Origin: an uncultured Pseudomonadota bacterium
Lineage (GTDB): Bacteria; Oederibacteriota; Muellerivitia; Muellerivitales; Muellerivitaceae
Length of the DNA: 64,000 bases
Direction: 5' to 3'
NCBI GenBank assembly: GCA_963770835.1
Contig: CAVYRH010000007.1
Location: 64,001 to 128,000 of the forward strand
The translations under genes and the position numbers were made by a program. The notes beneath the pieces were generated by a model. That model did no database searches. It saw only the letters and a list, made by a program, of their open reading frames with translations, and was not told where the DNA came from. Within the stretch, counting starts at the first letter, position 1. The number at the start of each line of letters is the position of its first letter. Positions 1 to 9,435 of the stretch are shown in pieces.

Positions 1-1248
1 GATCCTTTCCCGGATGGTGCCGGAGGGTTCACTGGGCTGGGTGTCCGAGATTTCCTTCCACTTCAAGGCCGGCACCTCGATGTGCAGGTCGATCCGGTCC
101 AAGAGGGGCCCTGAGATTTTACTCAGGTATTTCTGGATTTGGTGGGGGGTGCAGGTGCATTCCCGGGAAGGGTCGGTGTAATAGCCGCAGGGGCAGGGGT
201 TCATGGCCGCCGCCAGCATGAACTGGGCTGGAAAGCTTAGGGTGGACTGGACCCGCGCAATCGTGACCATACCGTCCTCCAAAGGTTGGCGTAAAACTTC
301 CAAGACGTTTTTATTGAATTCCGGAAATTCGTCCAAAAATAAGACGCCATGATGCGCCAAACTAACTTCACCCGGTTTTGGAATAGTCCCACCACCAATG
401 AGGCCCGCATCTGAAACCGTATGGTGTGGAGAGCGGAAGGGCCGCACGGCGGTCAAGGCTTTGCGTCGTCCCAGGGTTCCCGCTATGGAGTGAATCTTGG
501 TAGTTTGGATGGCTTCCTCCAATGAGAGGGAAGGAAGGATTGTCGGCAGGCGCTTGGTCAGCATGGTTTTGCCCGAGCCCGGAGGACCGACCAGTAAAAT
601 ATTATGGCCCCCCGCCGCCCCGATTTCCAAGGCTCTTTTGGCGTTCTCTTGCCCTTTGACGTCGGAGAAATCGACCTTGTAGGACGAATGGTTGCGGAAC
701 TCCTCTTCGATATTCACTTGAATGCGTGGGAGCTTTTTGGCGCCGCTCAGGAATTCGAAGGTTTCGCGAAGGTTTTTCACCGCGTAAACCGGCACTTCCT
801 GGACCACTGCCGCTTCCTTGGCGTTTTCGGAGGGCACCAGCAACCCCTTCACATGGGCTTCCCGGGCCGCCAGGGCGATGGAAAGTGCACCCCGGATGGG
901 CCGGATTTTTCCGTCTAGGGCCAGTTCGCCCACCATCCAAAAATCCTCCACGGCATTTTGGGGCAGGCGCTCGGAGGCGACGAGGATGCCGACCGCCATG
1001 GGCAAGTCGAAGGAAGGGCCTTCTTTTTTGGTATCGGCAGGGGCCAGGTTGACGGTGATGCGTTGGATGGGGAAGTTAAAATGGGAATTGGTGATCGCGC
1101 TTTTGACCCGGTCCTTGGATTCCTTGACGGCGGCGTCGGGTAATCCTACGGTTTGGAAAGTGGGAAGGCCGGGGGCGATATCGACTTCCACCTCCACGGC
1201 GTAGGCGTCGATCCCCAGGAGGGCGGCGCTTTTGATGTTACCGAGCAT
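1..1248 (-). CDS. comM: YifB/ComM-family Mg-chelatase-related AAA+ ATPase (runs off the left edge of the window)
   Basis: Manual translation from ATG 1248: [48 protein letters not shown]...[20 protein letters not shown]; Walker [30 protein letters not shown]. Missing from the ORF track because it has no stop inside the window. Confidence 0.93.
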   Translation of the reverse strand, partial: MLGNIKSAALLGIDAYAVEVEVDIAPGLPTFQTVGLPDAAVKESKDRVKSAITNSHFNFPIQRITVNLAPADTKKEGPSFDLPMAVGILVASERLPQNAVEDFWMVGELALDGKIRPIRGALSIALAAREAHVKGLLVPSENAKEAAVVQEVPVYAVKNLRETFEFLSGAKKLPRIQVNIEEEFRNHSSYKVDFSDVKGQENAKRALEIGAAGGHNILLVGPPGSGKTMLTKRLPTILPSLSLEEAIQTTKIHSIAGTLGRRKALTAVRPFRSPHHTVSDAGLIGGGTIPKPGEVSLAHHGVLFLDEFPEFNKNVLEVLRQPLEDGMVTIARVQSTLSFPAQFMLAAAMNPCPCGYYTDPSRECTCTPHQIQKYLSKISGPLLDRIDLHIEVPALKWKEISDTQPSEPSGTIRERI

Positions 1249-1376
1249 GAACCCTACCCGAATTGGAATGAGGCGTTGGAAAGGGTGTAGGAGGGGTATA
1301 TAACAAGCGTTCCCGGAATTATCAACAAAATATGCACCACAAACCCTGCAAAACTCCCGCAAAAGGGGCGTTTTGC

Positions 1377-1405
1377 TTGAAAAAGGCCTAGAGCGCGGGT
1401 AAGAT
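1377..1405 (+). promoter_or_regulatory. sigma70-like promoter for the 1449 gene
   Basis: TTGAAA-N17-TAAGAT. Confidence 0.55.
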
Positions 1406-1448
1406 ACCGCCTCTGTTGCCCGCTAAAAACCCATCAAAGGTGCTATTC

Positions 1449-1732
1449 ATGAACCAAACGCCAACGGCCGAAAAAGTCAAAGTGACCATTCACGAGAAGG
1501 ATTTCGAGGTTGAAGTATTTGAGAAGGACAGGGAAAATTATTCGCCAAAAGCCACGTGAATAATTTTGGTGAGATTATGGTTCCCGATTTCGGGGGTGGA
1601 AGGGAAAAGGCCCTCCAAAATATCCAGGCCCGCATCGGAAATATCATGACTGCCATGCAAGCGGATGAGGCCCGTGAGGCCCGCCGGAAGGAATGGGAAG
1701 AAGAACAGGCCAAGAAACAGCAGGGCCAGTAA
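1449..1732 (+). pseudogene. Small (~94 aa) protein interrupted by a 1-nt frameshift near 1530 (pseudogene or assembly indel); weak HicB-N-like pattern
   Basis: MNQTPTAEKVKVTIHEKDFEVEVFEKD, then in the -1 frame GKLFAKSHVNNFGEIMVPDFGGGREKALQNIQARIGNIMTAMQADEAREARRKEWEEEQAKKQQGQ*. Has an upstream promoter and a downstream terminator. Confidence 0.55.
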
Positions 1733-1808
1733 GCCGGCTGCCACCGGCCACTCGACAGTTCGTGCCCCGGCTTAACGGCCGGGCACTGAGGGGATCCCCC
1801 CCTCTTTG

Positions 1809-1840
1809 AAGCCTCGGATCCCCATCCGGGGCTTTTTTTT
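1809..1840 (+). terminator. Rho-independent terminator
   Basis: AAGCCTCGGAT-CCCC-ATCCGGGGCTT stem running into a T8 tract. Confidence 0.75.
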
Positions 1841-1844
1841 ACAC

Positions 1845-1955
1845 CAGTTGGCAGTTCACAGTCCGCAGCTATGGATTTGAAAGCCAAGTCATTAAGGTTG
1901 GTTTGGGTTTGCCGGGATTGGCTGCGAACTGCTAGCTGCCGACTGCCAGCTGCCG
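1845..1955. repeat. 7-nt-periodic inverted-repeat hairpin element, copy A
   Basis: Left arm cagttgg cagttca cagtccg cagc; right arm ctgcgaa ctgctag ctgccga ctgccag ctgccg, abutting the stop codon at 1956. Confidence 0.8.
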
Positions 1956-2411
1956 TTATTCGATCCAGAAGCTGATAACTTCCAGGTTTTTGTTGGCTTG
2001 GCGGAGACGGTTCGAAAGTACCTTGATGATGATATCCATCAATTTCAAGGCCGTATGGGGTTTTTCACGGCGTAATTTCTGGTAGCCGTCCAGGGAGACC
2101 ATGAGGACCTCGCTGTCGGCGGTGGCGCGTACCGTAGCGGAGCGGGGAAGCCCGTCCAAAAGGGCCATTTCCCCGAAAAACTCGCCAGGGTTCAAAACTG
2201 CGATGGTGTTTTCCTGGTTTTTCACCTTTTTAAGAATCTTCACCGAACCCGACTTGATGACATACATGCTGTCGCCCTTGGAGTCCTCGTCGAAAACCAG
2301 CTCATCCTTCTTGACGGATTTTTCTTCGCCCACAGAGCCCAGGGCCTCCAGGTCGTTTCCATCAAAGGTTTTGAAGGGGGCGTATTTGGCGAGGTAACTC
2401 ACATCAGGCAT
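1956..2411 (-). CDS. Standalone cyclic-nucleotide-binding domain protein (CRP-like cNMP domain, no HTH)
   Basis: Canonical phosphate-binding cassette GEFFGEMALLDGLPRSATVRA; 151 aa. Confidence 0.9.
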   Translation of the reverse strand: MPDVSYLAKYAPFKTFDGNDLEALGSVGEEKSVKKDELVFDEDSKGDSMYVIKSGSVKILKKVKNQENTIAVLNPGEFFGEMALLDGLPRSATVRATADSEVLMVSLDGYQKLRREKPHTALKLMDIIIKVLSNRLRQANKNLEVISFWIE

Positions 2412-2554
2412 AAAAATCTCCTTGGGTTTTGGTGTCCCTCAATTGTAGGAATCTTCCCTTAAGACGCAAGCCCAAAATCAGCTGTCGGTTAAAACCTAAA
2501 TCCAAGGTCTTTAAAACCGCTCTTGGCACGATGGTTGAGGACAAACGACCGGCG

Positions 2555-4480
2555 TTAAAAGAAACCATGTTTGATTGCGGATTTTTGGGTTTGGGTGTTC
2601 GGCGGGATGGGAGACGCGGGAATGGAAGGCGGCTTCGGGGTGGTGGAGAGGGAAGGCATGGGAACGGGCGTAGGGGGGGCTTGCGGAGCATCTTCCAATA
2701 ATTCATCGTCGCCCATGTGGGAGGATCGGATGGCTTCAACGGCCTCCAGGACCTGGGCTTCCTGTTCCACGCTTTGGGTGTCCACTTGGACAATGGCGTT
2801 CAAGACTTCTTCCTCGTCGAGGACATAGCCGTCAAGGGCGGAAGCGGGTAGGGGTTGGTCTGGATTGTAGATGGGGATGGAGGAAACGGCTTCTTCTTCC
2901 GGCTGGTAGGCTGATGAGGCGGCTTCGGCCTGGACCGGCTGGGGATGTTGCTCCGGTTGGGGTTCGGAGGCTTTGGCGGTTTCGGGCAGACCTTGAGTTT
3001 CCACGAAGGGAGGTGCGGCAAGGGCGGGCCGGGGAACAGCCTGAGGTTCGACAGTTTCCGGTTTTGAGGTGGCGATCGGCGGCATTGGAGCGGGTTCAGG
3101 GGCCGGAGTTGGGGCAGGGGGCGCCATGGCCGCTGGGGGTTCGGGAGCAGGCGCTGGGGCCTGGATCGGCGAGGGAACTGTTGGGACGGTCGCAGGGGTT
3201 GCCGGGGCGGGCGCCTTGGCCGCAGGGACCGATGGAGCGGCCATCGCCGGAGGCGCCGAGGCTTGGGGGTTTTTGGCCGCTTTGGCCTTGGCCAGGACCT
3301 GTTTTAAGTATTCCTTGGGGTCGGTCAGTTTCACTCCGCCGGCGGACGGCGCAGAGGCGGCCGCTTCGGGTGCCCCCGGAGTGGAAGAAGCGGCGGGCGC
3401 GGTGGCCGCTTCCGTAGGCGCCGGTTCGGAAACCGGAGCGTCCTGTTTTTTCATGTTCAATTGTTTTTCCAGCTCGTCCAGGCTGGTGTTTCTCAATTTG
3501 GCGATGCGGGTTTTGGCCTCGTCCACCATGGCGCCTGTCTCATGGATGCGGACAAACTTCTCGTATTCCGCCACGGCTTTTTCCACGATGCCCTTGTTCT
3601 CGTAAACCTGGCCCAGGATGAAATGGGCGTTGGCGTAGCTGGGTTCCAGCTGGATGGCGACGCGGTATTCCTTGATGGCTTGCTTGTAAAGGCGGAGCTT
3701 GTCGTAAATCAAGCCTACCGTGTTGTGGATCTTGGCGCTTTGCGGGTTGAGGGTGATGACCTGGCCGAAAGTCTCAAGGGCCTTTTGCAAATCCCCTTTG
3801 CGCTCATAGGCGAACCCCATGGACATGAAGGCCGCCTCAAAGCGGGGGTCCAGCCGGGTGGCCTCCAGGAAGGATTTGATGGCCTTATCATGGAGTTCCT
3901 GTTTGGCGTAGAGGGTGCCCATGTCGTAGGCCACCTTGGCCTTGTTCTTTCCCGACTTGGCGGCTTCCTCCAGCCGTTTCAGCGCCACGTCCATATTACC
4001 GGCGGTGTCCTTGTCGATTCCCAGGCGGTGGTAGGACTCGGCGTAGGAGGGATCCAATTCCACGGCGGTTTGGAAGACCTGCATGGCTTGGGCGAACTGG
4101 CCCAATTCATAATAAACGTTCCCCAGGTTATTGTAGAAGGTGGCGACCTTGGGGTTGCGGGCAATGGCGTCCTCAAAGGTCTTGATGGCTTCCTTGTATT
4201 TCTCGCAGCGGGCCAGGGTCAGTCCCAGGTTGTTCCAGGCCTCGGGAGAATTGTTGTCAATGGAAATGACCTTCTTGAAAATCTGGATGGCGTCGTCATA
4301 TTGGCCCATGTCGGAATAAATAAAGCCCATGGCCGTATGGGCTTCCTTGTAGTTGGGATCGATATCCAGCGCTTTTTGCAGTTCCTTCAGGGCTTTGGCC
4401 GTATCACCCTGCTCGGAAAGTTTTTGCGCGGATTCGACCAGTTCTTTTTTCTTGTCGTCCTTGCTGCCGAAGAGTCCCAT
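2555..4480 (-). CDS. Multi-TPR protein with a long Pro/Ala-rich disordered C-terminal half
   Basis: About 8 TPR motifs (AWNNLG, FYNNLGNVY, AHFILGQVY) followed by a PAP/APA low-complexity region. Confidence 0.85.
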   Translation of the reverse strand: MGLFGSKDDKKKELVESAQKLSEQGDTAKALKELQKALDIDPNYKEAHTAMGFIYSDMGQYDDAIQIFKKVISIDNNSPEAWNNLGLTLARCEKYKEAIKTFEDAIARNPKVATFYNNLGNVYYELGQFAQAMQVFQTAVELDPSYAESYHRLGIDKDTAGNMDVALKRLEEAAKSGKNKAKVAYDMGTLYAKQELHDKAIKSFLEATRLDPRFEAAFMSMGFAYERKGDLQKALETFGQVITLNPQSAKIHNTVGLIYDKLRLYKQAIKEYRVAIQLEPSYANAHFILGQVYENKGIVEKAVAEYEKFVRIHETGAMVDEAKTRIAKLRNTSLDELEKQLNMKKQDAPVSEPAPTEAATAPAASSTPGAPEAAASAPSAGGVKLTDPKEYLKQVLAKAKAAKNPQASAPPAMAAPSVPAAKAPAPATPATVPTVPSPIQAPAPAPEPPAAMAPPAPTPAPEPAPMPPIATSKPETVEPQAVPRPALAAPPFVETQGLPETAKASEPQPEQHPQPVQAEAASSAYQPEEEAVSSIPIYNPDQPLPASALDGYVLDEEEVLNAIVQVDTQSVEQEAQVLEAVEAIRSSHMGDDELLEDAPQAPPTPVPMPSLSTTPKPPSIPASPIPPNTQTQKSAIKHGFF

Positions 4481-4609
4481 GATTTTTGCCGTTTAACCCT
4501 AGAGAAATTTGAGGAATTGGAGAGGTGCCATATTTTATCGCCGGTTCTTTTGAAAGGTCAACGTGAACCGGCTTTTTCTTTGGTTTGGAAGGCGTGAATT
4601 AATTTTTGG

Positions 4610-5992
4610 TTAAGCGCGGGGAAAACCAGGGGGCATGGCGCCAGGTGGAAATCCCGCGCCCCGCCCGCTCATCAGATTCTGCAGGTTGCGGTCGGCTCCC
4701 CCTTTTTTCACCATCTTCCGCATCATGTCATATTGCTTTAAAAGAGTGTTGATTTCATCGGGGCGGGTGCCGCTGCCCGAGGCGATACGGCGTTTCCGGG
4801 AACCATCCAATAATTGGGGAAAGCGCCTTTCCTTGGCCGTCATGGAAAGCAAGATCGCCTCCATCCGTTTGATTTTTTTCTCATCCGGCGCATTGGCCAT
4901 CATTTGTTGTTTTTGGGCCTGGGCGCCGGGGAGCATGTTGATGATTTCGTTCATGGAGCCCATTTTTTTGAGTTGGCGGATCTGGTCCAGCATGTGGTCC
5001 AGGTTGAAGTCGTTACCCTTGACGGCCTTCTGCTTTTCAAAGGACGATTGCCGGGCGACTTCTTCGGCTTTCTCGATCAGGGTCAGCATGTCGCCCATCC
5101 CGAGGATGCGGGAAGCCATGCGGTCCGGGTAAAAGGGCTCCAAGCCCTCCATTTTCTCGCTCACCCCGACGAATTGGATGGGGACCCCCGTGACGGAAGT
5201 AATGGAAAAAATGGCCCCACCCCGGGCGTCGCCGTCGGCTTTGGTCAGGACTAGGCCCGTCAAGGGCAGGCGGGCGTGGAAAGAGGTGGCCACATTGACG
5301 GCGTTTTGGCCCGTCATGGCGTCCACAACCAGCATGATATTGGTGGGCTTCAATTTTTTATGGATTTCGGCGATCTCCTCCATCATGTGCTCGTCGATCT
5401 GGAGGCGGCCCGCCGTATCCAATATGAGGATGTTGGCATCGTTCTGAAGGCAGGTCTTGACGGCCCTCACGCAGACATCCAGCGCTTTTTCTCCACCCTC
5501 GGGCTTGAAGATGGGAACGCCGATCTCCTTGGCCAATACGGCCAACTGGTCGATGGCGGCGGGACGGACAAGATCGGCGGCCACCAAGCCCGGTTTTCGG
5601 CCGTCCTTCTTCAACCACAAGGCCAGCTTGGCGGCCGTGGTAGTTTTGCCGGTTCCCTGGAGGCCGGCTAAGAGAATCAGGGTGGGGGGGGCTGGCGCGA
5701 ACTTGAGCTTGGTGGCGTTCTTGTCCTTGGGGGTCAGGAGGGCAATCAGTTCTTCGTGGACGATCTTGACCATGACCTGCCCCGGGGTGAGGCTTAAGGC
5801 CACTTCCTTGCCGAGGGCCTTGATTTTGATCCTTTCGAGGAAAAGCTTGACGGTCTCGAGGTTGACATCGGCGTCCAAAAGGGCCAGGCGGACTTCCTTC
5901 AAGGCTTCCTCGACGTTTTCCTCGCTGATCTTTCCTTGGCCGCGGAGGTTCTTGAAGACTTTTTGGATTTTTTCGGTGAGTTGCTCGAACAT
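4610..5992 (-). CDS. ffh: Signal recognition particle protein Ffh
   Basis: MFEQLTEK start; GLQGTGKTT, DTAGR, TKADGDARGG; M domain RMASRILGMGD and SRKRRIASGSG. Confidence 0.97.
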   Translation of the reverse strand: MFEQLTEKIQKVFKNLRGQGKISEENVEEALKEVRLALLDADVNLETVKLFLERIKIKALGKEVALSLTPGQVMVKIVHEELIALLTPKDKNATKLKFAPAPPTLILLAGLQGTGKTTTAAKLALWLKKDGRKPGLVAADLVRPAAIDQLAVLAKEIGVPIFKPEGGEKALDVCVRAVKTCLQNDANILILDTAGRLQIDEHMMEEIAEIHKKLKPTNIMLVVDAMTGQNAVNVATSFHARLPLTGLVLTKADGDARGGAIFSITSVTGVPIQFVGVSEKMEGLEPFYPDRMASRILGMGDMLTLIEKAEEVARQSSFEKQKAVKGNDFNLDHMLDQIRQLKKMGSMNEIINMLPGAQAQKQQMMANAPDEKKIKRMEAILLSMTAKERRFPQLLDGSRKRRIASGSGTRPDEINTLLKQYDMMRKMVKKGGADRNLQNLMSGRGAGFPPGAMPPGFPRA

Positions 5993-6077
5993 GAAGACAT
6001 TTCCTGTCATAGATATAAGGGGCGGTCGATTTTAAGGCCAATCCTGCCAAAAGAAAAGGCGGGGTTGTGGCGGGTGC

Positions 6078-6617
6078 TTAATTTGTTTCCTTGAGCGCCT
6101 GAAACGCCCAATCAAGCAGGATTTTTTTATCCGGTGCGCTTAACGGCTGGCCGAATTTTAAAACCTTTTGGATTTCGGGTGGCATCCATCCTTTTTGAAG
6201 CGCCCTCACCATATCCTTCAAATCATCCTTCGGATTGTCACTGCCAGGAAAGGGAAAGGTGATATCCATCCGAAGTTCGTTTTGAGCTTTGGCAATAGTT
6301 TTTACGGCTTTTTTCCTCAAAGCGGGATCTTGGATGCCATCGGTGCCTTGGGGCTGGGGCCCATGGCAGGCAAAACAACTTTGCCGGAGGATTGGAAGGG
6401 CTGTTTTCGAAAAATCAGATCGAATGGACGGGGCCGGGGAGACGGAAGGAGTCCCTGTGGTTTTGTTATCGGCTTGGAGAACGGAAGCCGCAAAAAGGAT
6501 TCCGGCCAGCGGGGTGAAAAAAACGGCTTTGGCTTTCCGCGTTTTGGGAAGGGGCATTTCTTTTACTTTGATCATTTCTCCGGTTTCACCGGCTGGTGGA
6601 TTTTGAGGTAATTTCAA
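6078..6617 (-). CDS. Exported monoheme c-type cytochrome (heme-binding domain); start uncertain
   Basis: Signal-like segment ILFAASVLQA, CFACH heme motif, distal WMPP. Confidence 0.75.
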   Translation of the reverse strand: MKLPQNPPAGETGEMIKVKEMPLPKTRKAKAVFFTPLAGILFAASVLQADNKTTGTPSVSPAPSIRSDFSKTALPILRQSCFACHGPQPQGTDGIQDPALRKKAVKTIAKAQNELRMDITFPFPGSDNPKDDLKDMVRALQKGWMPPEIQKVLKFGQPLSAPDKKILLDWAFQALKETN

Positions 6618-6646
6618 ATCAAAACTATGCTTCCCCTAAAACTTCA

Positions 6647-7264
6647 TTAGGATTTTTCGCCCAATAGAATTTCCAGGTCCTTGTCCAGGGTCAAAAGGGA
6701 TTGCTCATCGTCACTGTTGTAATAGCCGCGGATCCGCCCTTGGCGGTCCACGAGAGTGAACCGGATGCTGTGCACGAAATCGGAATCCGGTCCCCCTTGG
6801 GCCGGGAGTTTGAATCCGTTTTTCGCGAGCCGGGTCACGTCCTCGTAATTACCAGTCAAAAAGGACCAGCTGTTCGTATCCGCGCCGTAATCCTTAGCGT
6901 ATTGAGCCAGTTCCCCTGGAGTGTCCCGGGGGTCCATGGTAAAGGAAACGAAATAAATACCTTTCCCCTTCCACTGCTCTTGGACCTTTTCCATGACTTT
7001 GGTCATAAGGGGACACTGGGTGGTGCAATGGACATACATAAAATCCGCCACCCAAACTTTTCCCTTCAAATTATCCAATGTGAATTTTTTTCCATGGGTA
7101 TCCGTCAGGGAAAAAGCGGGTATGTTTCCAAGGGGTTGGAGGGTCCGGGGCGGTTTATCCGTTAATATCGCAAAAGCCAGGGCTGCCACCAGGAGGGCGG
7201 CGAAAACGTAAACAAAAATCTCCTGGCGGTCCAGCCTGGTCCGTTCCATGGTGGTCGTGTTCAT
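6647..7264 (-). CDS. SCO1/SenC-family copper chaperone
   Basis: N-terminal TM; ADFMYVHCTTQCP (CxxxC); FVHS His ligand; VDRQGRIRGYY. Confidence 0.92.
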   Translation of the reverse strand: MNTTTMERTRLDRQEIFVYVFAALLVAALAFAILTDKPPRTLQPLGNIPAFSLTDTHGKKFTLDNLKGKVWVADFMYVHCTTQCPLMTKVMEKVQEQWKGKGIYFVSFTMDPRDTPGELAQYAKDYGADTNSWSFLTGNYEDVTRLAKNGFKLPAQGGPDSDFVHSIRFTLVDRQGRIRGYYNSDDEQSLLTLDKDLEILLGEKS

Positions 7265-7276
7265 GATGACGTCCTG

Positions 7277-7612
7277 TTAATGGCTGTTCATGGCGTCGGG
7301 TGTGGAAGAGGGGGCGGCGTCCGCAGGCGCCTTTGATTTCACCAAGTCCATCCCGCATTTGGGGCATTTCCCATCCTTGGTCCTTGGGCCGCTGTAGTCT
7401 CCCATGGGACAAACCCAAACGACCTTGGTTTTCTTTTTCTTCTGGACTTTTTTGGACTTCGGCTGAACGGCCCGGGTGGCTTGAACCGTCGGCTGCGATG
7501 AGGCGGGCGTAGACATGGCCATTCCGGACATGTTATCCGCCCAAACAGTGGTGGAAAGAATTCCAAAGAGTGACAGAATTGCCATCGAACGGCTTAAAAA
7601 ATTGGTTTTCAT
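7277..7612 (-). CDS. Exported heavy-metal-binding domain protein
   Basis: Signal peptide, Met-rich MSGMAM, WVCPM...GKCPKCGMDLV. Confidence 0.8.
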   Translation of the reverse strand: MKTNFLSRSMAILSLFGILSTTVWADNMSGMAMSTPASSQPTVQATRAVQPKSKKVQKKKKTKVVWVCPMGDYSGPRTKDGKCPKCGMDLVKSKAPADAAPSSTPDAMNSH

Positions 7613-7837
7613 TTTTTCTCCTTAATGAAGTTGTTCCCCTCCGGGCCGGAACCTGGAAGGGATTTTCGAACGGTTTTTACTGGAAAAACTACGGCTTGGT
7701 GGATTAAAAATTGTGGCGGGGGTGTCACACTTTTCGAACGGCGCGGACACATCGAGGGAAAAGTTTCCCTCGATGGTTTCAAACTCAAATATTCATAATT
7801 GGCGAGAGTCCGCGGGACCAATAGAGATCAGTCCGTC

Positions 7838-8842
7838 TTAAAACTGGTATCCGACCCCAAAGTTGAGCAAGTATGGAGCGACTTGCTGGTAACCATTTTC
7901 ATCACGGTAGAGAGGTATATAGATGGCGGCATTGGCCAGCAAGTGTGAATCGATTCTATCCTGAAGACCCGGGGTCAAATAAAAGTTGGAGTATCCACTA
8001 TCCGCATTCCCAAACGCCGCGTCGCCTCCACCTTGATCATAGTCTCGGAACTGGTAGTGGATCTCGAGGGTGGGAATGAGACTGGTAGCCGTTTCAATTC
8101 CATGAAATTGGTCACCGATAGCCGCGTCGATGCTATCACCCGGCCGATATCCCTGGAAACTGTAAAGGGCATGTTCCCACAAAGCCTGTACATACCAGCT
8201 GCTAGGGCCTAAATTCCCGACTTTAAAAGCTCCCAGTAATGTATCCGTAGTGCCCGTTCCTGGCTGGGTATCCTGGTCCATGATCGGCTGGCCCTGGAAA
8301 TAATCCCCGGCATCGTTCGGACCTGTCGGCAACTTGAGCCCGAATTGTATGCCAAGCGACATGTCATCGGACAAACCCATATATTCACCCATGATGCGGA
8401 TGTCTGACAGTACGGTAGCGTTGGATGACAATAATTGCGGGGTTACGCCCTGGCTGGCATCGGTTACGCCCGGAGTACCATTGTTATCAGTTACGAAATT
8501 TCGATTCCATACCGGTATCATCGCCATGAATCCCCAATCCTGATCAAATTGATGCTGAAAAAATAAAGTAAAGAAGTTAGTCTCTAGCTGTTTATCCGGG
8601 TTCAAGTCACCAGAAACAAGCCCCGTACCATGTTGAGTCTTATTCTGGTTCATGTAATCGTACTGTAAGGAAAAAGTTGTAGAGTAGTGCATATCTGGAA
8701 GGCCAGGAACTACTAGGTCGAAAATCCCGCATCCACAGGCACAGGCAGAAGCCAGATGAGGAATCGCCCCCAAGGTTATGATAATGGCTACAACCTCCCA
8801 AAACCGTCTCACTTTTAAATTTAATCGTTTAAACCTGGTCAT
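7838..8842 (-). CDS. Putative outer-membrane beta-barrel transporter with an N-terminal CACGC motif
   Basis: Signal peptide then ACACGC; GLKLPTG, QPGTGTTD; C-terminal GVGYQF barrel signature. Start ATG 8842 follows AAAGGAG. Confidence 0.7.
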   Translation of the reverse strand: MTRFKRLNLKVRRFWEVVAIIITLGAIPHLASACACGCGIFDLVVPGLPDMHYSTTFSLQYDYMNQNKTQHGTGLVSGDLNPDKQLETNFFTLFFQHQFDQDWGFMAMIPVWNRNFVTDNNGTPGVTDASQGVTPQLLSSNATVLSDIRIMGEYMGLSDDMSLGIQFGLKLPTGPNDAGDYFQGQPIMDQDTQPGTGTTDTLLGAFKVGNLGPSSWYVQALWEHALYSFQGYRPGDSIDAAIGDQFHGIETATSLIPTLEIHYQFRDYDQGGGDAAFGNADSGYSNFYLTPGLQDRIDSHLLANAAIYIPLYRDENGYQQVAPYLLNFGVGYQF

Positions 8843-8984
8843 GACTTCTCCTTTGTGAAAATTAAATTTGGGATAAAAGTTTTGAATTTCGACATTGAAT
8901 CCCAAGAAATATTTTTAAAACGACGTAGCATGAAATACCTGCTCGAATGGAATGATCTCTCAACAGACTTTCAAAAGCCTGTCC

Positions 8985-9356
8985 TTAGCAAAGACCTTTC
9001 CATCGGGGAGGTGGGGTATGGACAAAAAGGGGAGGGATCGGAAGGGAAACGGTTTTCATCTCCTGGCTTCCCGGGGGAATCGGAATGAAGAGGGAAGGCG
9101 TGGCGGGGGGGAACCCCTTGACCGGACTTTGGGAAAGGGCATTGGAATGGGAGCCGCCACCGCAATCTCCTGAATAAAAGCCGGGGGCGGCGGGACAGGG
9201 TGTGTTTTCGGCAGGATGATGGCAGCAACAGGGACCATGGCACATGGGGCAATAAGCTTTTACTTGGGATGGTTTAGGGGAAAAGGATAGGCCAACGAAG
9301 GGTTCTGTGACCCAAGAAAAAGCCAATAAGAGCAGGAAGGCAAGTTTTAGACTCAT
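8985..9356 (-). CDS. Cys/His-rich small protein, DUF2946-like putative metal-responsive leader
   Basis: Hydrophobic N-terminus, CPMCHGPCCCHH, C-terminal TPPPR; first gene of the metal cluster. Confidence 0.6.
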   Translation of the reverse strand: MSLKLAFLLLLAFSWVTEPFVGLSFSPKPSQVKAYCPMCHGPCCCHHPAENTPCPAAPGFYSGDCGGGSHSNALSQSPVKGFPPATPSLFIPIPPGSQEMKTVSLPIPPLFVHTPPPRWKGLC

Positions 9357-9435
9357 CTCGTTAAATTACCCGGACTCCATTAGAATTTCAATGCCGCCTG
9401 TCTATATCTCTAAAACACTGTAAAAGTTACTCATC

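Noticed and set aside
1733..1840. 6S RNA or SRP RNA
   Set aside because: Only local hairpins are present; I see no long 6S-like duplex with a central bubble and no SRP helix-8 motif.
1477..1887. Minus-strand ORFs 1477-1887 and 1538-1744
   Set aside because: They are antisense to the plus-strand unit that has a promoter and terminator.
3461..4597. Long antisense ORFs (e.g. 3461-4597, 23005-24090, 20189-20977) and the alternate-frame ORF 32295-33419
   Set aside because: These are shadow frames of well-supported genes in GC-rich codon usage and show no recognisable motifs.
7609..7821. 70-aa ORF as a second PPP-type leader peptide
   Set aside because: It contains TPPPQ but lacks a signal segment, Cys cluster and SD; the 7751-7774 hairpin is more simply an intergenic stem.
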